From Methanobacteriota archaeon (GTDB taxonomy: Archaea > Halobacteriota > Bog-38 > Methanoflorentales > Methanoflorentaceae), in assembly GCA_963720465.1 (NCBI GenBank), contig OY970393.1, positions 2,144,001 to 2,208,000 on the forward strand: a stretch of 64,000 bases of DNA. The letters run 5' to 3'. Position numbers and translations under genes: made by a program. Every line of letters starts with the position of its first letter. The stretch's first letter is position 1. Positions 60,690 to 64,000 of this stretch are shown in pieces. Below the pieces are notes generated by a model, which made no database searches, was not told the DNA's origin, and worked only from the letters and a program-made list of their open reading frames with translations.

Positions 60690-61247
60690 ATGACGGATTT
60701 GGTTGTACCAGGGGACATTATAGGCGCTTCTGAAGAATACTTACCAGGCGACGGGACGTATGAGGAGAGAGGTAAGATATTCGCCGCCATAACGGGAAAA
60801 GTCGAAACTGATAAGAAAGACCGAACGGTACGAGTGCTACCCGTGATGGAGACCCCGCCAATGCTTAAGACGGGCGACATCGTGGTCGGCCGGGTCGTCG
60901 ATCTGAAGAATGCAGTCGTCCTCGTTGAGATTGCCAGAATAAAAGGCCACGAAAACCGCGAAATCGCAAATGCAGATCAAGGCGCTATTCATATTTCAAA
61001 CGTCAAGGACTCGTACGTCGCGAAGCTGGAAACTGAGTTTAGCCAGCAAGACATCATAAAGGCTAGGGTAATAGACGAAAAGAGCTTAAGATTGAGCACC
61101 GTTGAAAAAGATTTAGGTGTGATAAAAGCGTTCTGCTCGAGAGACCGCACGCCGCTTGTACGGAAGCAGAACAAGCTCGAATGTCCAAGCTGCGAGCGTA
61201 TCGAAACGCGAAAGATCTCGGAGGACTACGGAAAGGGAGTAATCTGA
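60690..61247 (+). CDS. csl4: Exosome RNA-binding protein Csl4
   Basis: VVPGD, EEYLPG.GTYE, S1 domain, C-terminal Zn-ribbon, ETRKIS. Confidence 0.95.
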   Translation: MTDLVVPGDIIGASEEYLPGDGTYEERGKIFAAITGKVETDKKDRTVRVLPVMETPPMLKTGDIVVGRVVDLKNAVVLVEIARIKGHENREIANADQGAIHISNVKDSYVAKLETEFSQQDIIKARVIDEKSLRLSTVEKDLGVIKAFCSRDRTPLVRKQNKLECPSCERIETRKISEDYGKGVI

Positions 61248-61295
61248 GGGATAACGACTCTTTGTTGTTTGACTGTTTTCAAAGATTTCTAGACA

Positions 61296-61580
61296 ATGAA
61301 CATCAAGATCATTCGCGTAACTAAGGACGAAGCTGAGATAGAATTTCTCGATGAGGGCCACACGTTCTTGAACGTCTTAAAATATTCGCTCCTTCAAGAT
61401 CCGCAGGTCGAAAGCGCTACGTACGACGTGAAGCACCCGATGATAAGCAATCCAATATTTTATATCAAAACGGAATCCAAGGATCCGTTAAAAGCGCTGC
61501 AGGATGCTTCATTGAGGCTAAAAGACGAGTTTGAAGCACTTTTGGGACTCATTAGGTTAAAAGCTGAAGCAATATCGTGA
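61296..61580 (+). CDS. rpoL: RNA polymerase subunit Rpo11 (L)
   Basis: EGHTFLNVLK, ATY..KHP. Confidence 0.95.
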   Translation: MNIKIIRVTKDEAEIEFLDEGHTFLNVLKYSLLQDPQVESATYDVKHPMISNPIFYIKTESKDPLKALQDASLRLKDEFEALLGLIRLKAEAIS

Positions 61581-61598
61581 GGGACTATCATCAGATCG

Positions 61599-62138
61599 GT
61601 GAACGACGTCACTCTCGATGATGGAACGATCATTGAGCTAAAAGTCGCCCACATTGACGATTACCAAAATGGCGGCTATGAGTACCTTTATTCGTGGCTG
61701 AGTAAAGTCGATCAGTTTCTAGCGAAGCGATACCGTGTTGCCGATCTAGTAAAGAACAAAGAACAGTGGCTAAGCCGACTCAACACCAATGAGATTACCT
61801 TGCTAGGCCTGCGCCAAGGTAAGATCATCGGTTCTGCGACGCTGATAATGAATGACCCACAGTCGAGAGCCGCCCACGTTGCTTCGTTCGGCGTCGCAGT
61901 CCATCCCGCTTTTCAACGAAAGGGCATCGGAAAATTGCTGATTTCCGGGCTTGAGCAGATCGCTCTGGATCGCGGCATTGAAAAGATAGAAGTGAACTGC
62001 TACGACGGAAATGCGGCAGCAGCATTGTATCGCTCCTTAAACTACGCTAGCGAGGGAAGAAGACTGAGGAAAGGGCGGCTAGACAACGGCACTTACGTCG
62101 ATGAACTACTGTTTTACAAGTTCATAAACCCTTTTTGA
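61599..62138 (+). CDS. GNAT family N-acetyltransferase
   Basis: VHPAFQRKGIGK, N.AAALYRSLNY. Confidence 0.88.
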   Translation: MNDVTLDDGTIIELKVAHIDDYQNGGYEYLYSWLSKVDQFLAKRYRVADLVKNKEQWLSRLNTNEITLLGLRQGKIIGSATLIMNDPQSRAAHVASFGVAVHPAFQRKGIGKLLISGLEQIALDRGIEKIEVNCYDGNAAAALYRSLNYASEGRRLRKGRLDNGTYVDELLFYKFINPF

Positions 62139-62153
62139 TCGCTACAGCGACGC

Positions 62154-62774
62154 TTATCGCCTCTCTGATCGCGTAGCTTCTGCGCCCAGCACCACATAAA
62201 GTGTCTCAAAAAAGAACTTGCGCTCAGCAATGACTCTGACGATCCCGAACTGTGCGTGCATTAGCTCTGTCACTTCCTTGTAGCCGGTGATCGAAGAGAT
62301 CATCAAAAGCACCCTGCCCTTTTCGGTCAGGTACTTACCAACCTGTGAGAGGAACCGCACTATCACTTCCCTACCTGAGGGGCCCCCATCCCAAGCCCGA
62401 GTCTGCCAGTCACTTGATGTGTCACTTCGGCTAGGAAGGTACGGTGGATTAAAGATAATGAGGTCAAAGCGGCTGTCTAAATCGGAAAAAAGATCCCCCA
62501 CGATCGCCTCTACACCATTCAACTGCGCATTTGCGACGGCGCGCGGGTTTTTGTCAGTCGCGATCACGCACCGGGCGCGTTCTGCGACCATTTTGGCGAT
62601 GATCCCGCATCCTGTGCCAACCTCCAGGACCGAGTCAGTGGGACGCACCTCGTTTAATGCGGCGTCCACGAGCAGATACGTGTCGTCACACGGCTCATAA
62701 ACGTCCGGCAGCAGGAGCACTTGTTCGCTGAGGTAGTGCACTTTTTTGGTTCCCTTGGCGATTCCGGGCGTCAT
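62154..62774 (-). CDS. HemK2/MTQ2 family N5-glutamine methyltransferase
   Basis: VYEPCDDTYLL, EVGTGCG, FNPPYLP, WDGG..GR; start 62774 or 62741. Confidence 0.92.
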   Translation of the reverse strand: MTPGIAKGTKKVHYLSEQVLLLPDVYEPCDDTYLLVDAALNEVRPTDSVLEVGTGCGIIAKMVAERARCVIATDKNPRAVANAQLNGVEAIVGDLFSDLDSRFDLIIFNPPYLPSRSDTSSDWQTRAWDGGPSGREVIVRFLSQVGKYLTEKGRVLLMISSITGYKEVTELMHAQFGIVRVIAERKFFFETLYVVLGAEATRSERR

Positions 62775-62799
62775 AATTGCTCTCGCCTGGTGTATTCGA

Positions 62800-63615
62800 C
62801 TATTGCTCCTGCACTCTCCCATTTTGCACTTCGTGCAGCTCAAACGAGTCGTTCGACAGAGTTGCAATCTCTTCTGGGGAAAGTTCATAGGGCCGGCGGG
62901 CCAGGCAATGCTGAGGCATTTTGGCGATCAGCTGATCCATCGCTTGTACGTCAAGCAGCTGTGCGGTCACCGTGAGTGCAGCTTTAAGTGTTTTTCGTCT
63001 TTGCGTGAAGAGCGCGCGAACGAAGCGATGAAAGAACATATCGTTGAGTACGTAAAAACGCGGTTTAGTTGGGACCAGTCTAACAATCACAGAATCAACT
63101 GCAGGGCGCGGATTAAATGCTGTGTTCGGGACACGCGCTAACACTTTGACTTTTGATTTGTAGCTGAGGCAGACCGTCAGACGGCTATAGTCCTTCGTGC
63201 CTGGCGCTGCGACCATCCGCTGCGCGAACTCTTTTTGATACATCAGCACGCCGCACGTGAAAGGATGCTTTAGCAACTTGAACGTGACTTCTGACGATAT
63301 CTGATACGGCAGGTTAGAGACTGTCTTGTCAAACGGGGGAAACTCAACCCTAAGGGCATCTCCGTGCAGCACGTCGATGCCTGGTATCGAACAGAGTTTC
63401 TGTGCCAGCTGCCAATCCGCCTCAACTACAACCAGCCTATAACATAACTGCGCGAGTTTTCGTGTGAGGTTCCCGGTACCTCCGCCAATCTCTAAAACCG
63501 TTTCGGTTGGCGTTATATCCGCATAGCTGACGATCTTCTCGATAATGTAATCATCTATTAAGAAGTGCTGACCCCATTTCGCTTTATGGTAGCTGCGGTC
63601 GATTCCACGGGGCAT
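62800..63615 (-). CDS. rsmA: 16S rRNA adenine dimethyltransferase KsgA/RsmA
   Basis: GQHFL, EIGGGTG.LT, SNLPYQIS, F.PRPAVDS. Confidence 0.96.
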   Translation of the reverse strand: MPRGIDRSYHKAKWGQHFLIDDYIIEKIVSYADITPTETVLEIGGGTGNLTRKLAQLCYRLVVVEADWQLAQKLCSIPGIDVLHGDALRVEFPPFDKTVSNLPYQISSEVTFKLLKHPFTCGVLMYQKEFAQRMVAAPGTKDYSRLTVCLSYKSKVKVLARVPNTAFNPRPAVDSVIVRLVPTKPRFYVLNDMFFHRFVRALFTQRRKTLKAALTVTAQLLDVQAMDQLIAKMPQHCLARRPYELSPEEIATLSNDSFELHEVQNGRVQEQ

Positions 63616-63642
63616 TGAACGCTTTGGGTGTCGGGTCAGTCG

Positions 63643-64000
63643 CTATTTCGCGAAAAACTTGTACTTAGCGTGCTCATCTTTGAGCTCATCTTCGATTCTT
63701 TTCGCGATTACTTTTTCCGGGTGGTACAAGCCCTTCACTCTGTTTGAAATATCGGCGAAACTATCGAAAGGCCGTTTCTTGCGTTCCGCAAGAATCTCCC
63801 ACATGAGCTTTTTGCCCACACCTGGGAGCAGCGCTAGGGTATGCAGGCGGGTCGTAATCGGCAGTGCCTCATTGAAGAAGCTCACAAACCTGGGCTCCTG
63901 CTCTTTAACTATTATTTCAAGAGCGTAAGGCAACTCAACCTTTGCACCGTGCGTAAGTTCCTTGTAGCTCACGCGCCTTTTAACGTGATCGATTTCGCTC
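63643..64000 (-). CDS. DUF655 family RNA-binding protein (5'-truncated by window edge)
   Basis: FFNEA.PITTRLH.L.LLPGVGKK, PFDSFADI; typical position before ksgA. Confidence 0.9.
   Translation of the reverse strand, partial: SEIDHVKRRVSYKELTHGAKVELPYALEIIVKEQEPRFVSFFNEALPITTRLHTLALLPGVGKKLMWEILAERKKRPFDSFADISNRVKGLYHPEKVIAKRIEDELKDEHAKYKFFAK

Noticed and set aside
62742-62888. Long N-terminal extension of HemK2 overlapping ksgA
   Set aside because: Longest-ORF artefact; the homologous domain starts near 62741-62774.

Overview
Core chromosomal segment of an archaeon, most likely a Halobacteriota/Methanomicrobia-type methanogen or relative. Support for this: archaeal RNA polymerase subunits, eL18/eS6, an HMf-type histone, PGF-CTERM proteins, grpE-dnaK-dnaJ, and an aksA/D/E/F-like cluster. 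The window holds the conserved SRP RNA-tRNA-Ser-rps13...rpoD...rps2-mvk-ipk-fni-rnj-idsA-gltX superoperon, diphthamide genes, archease-rtcB, purS/purQ, aIF5B, csl4-rpoL and ksgA, six tRNAs (two with BHB-type introns), and a Sec61-beta gene too short for the ORF track. No CRISPR array, transposase, integrase or intein was seen. Most interesting: (1) a 2-oxoacid chain-elongation (coenzyme B-type) cluster flanked by an orphan ThDP IorA-like enzyme and a Cys-rich unknown protein, which are candidates for unassigned CoB steps; (2) a four-gene GT-C/AglB-like membrane operon with one full-length and one split, order-swapped paralog, both lacking WWDYG; (3) a degenerate pseudo-enolase in the eno slot; (4) a PGF-CTERM surface protein with a single CxxCH motif; (5) a surface thioredoxin frameshifted at a T7 tract; (6) a histone lacking His49. 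All assignments come from motif recognition by eye; no database searches were run.
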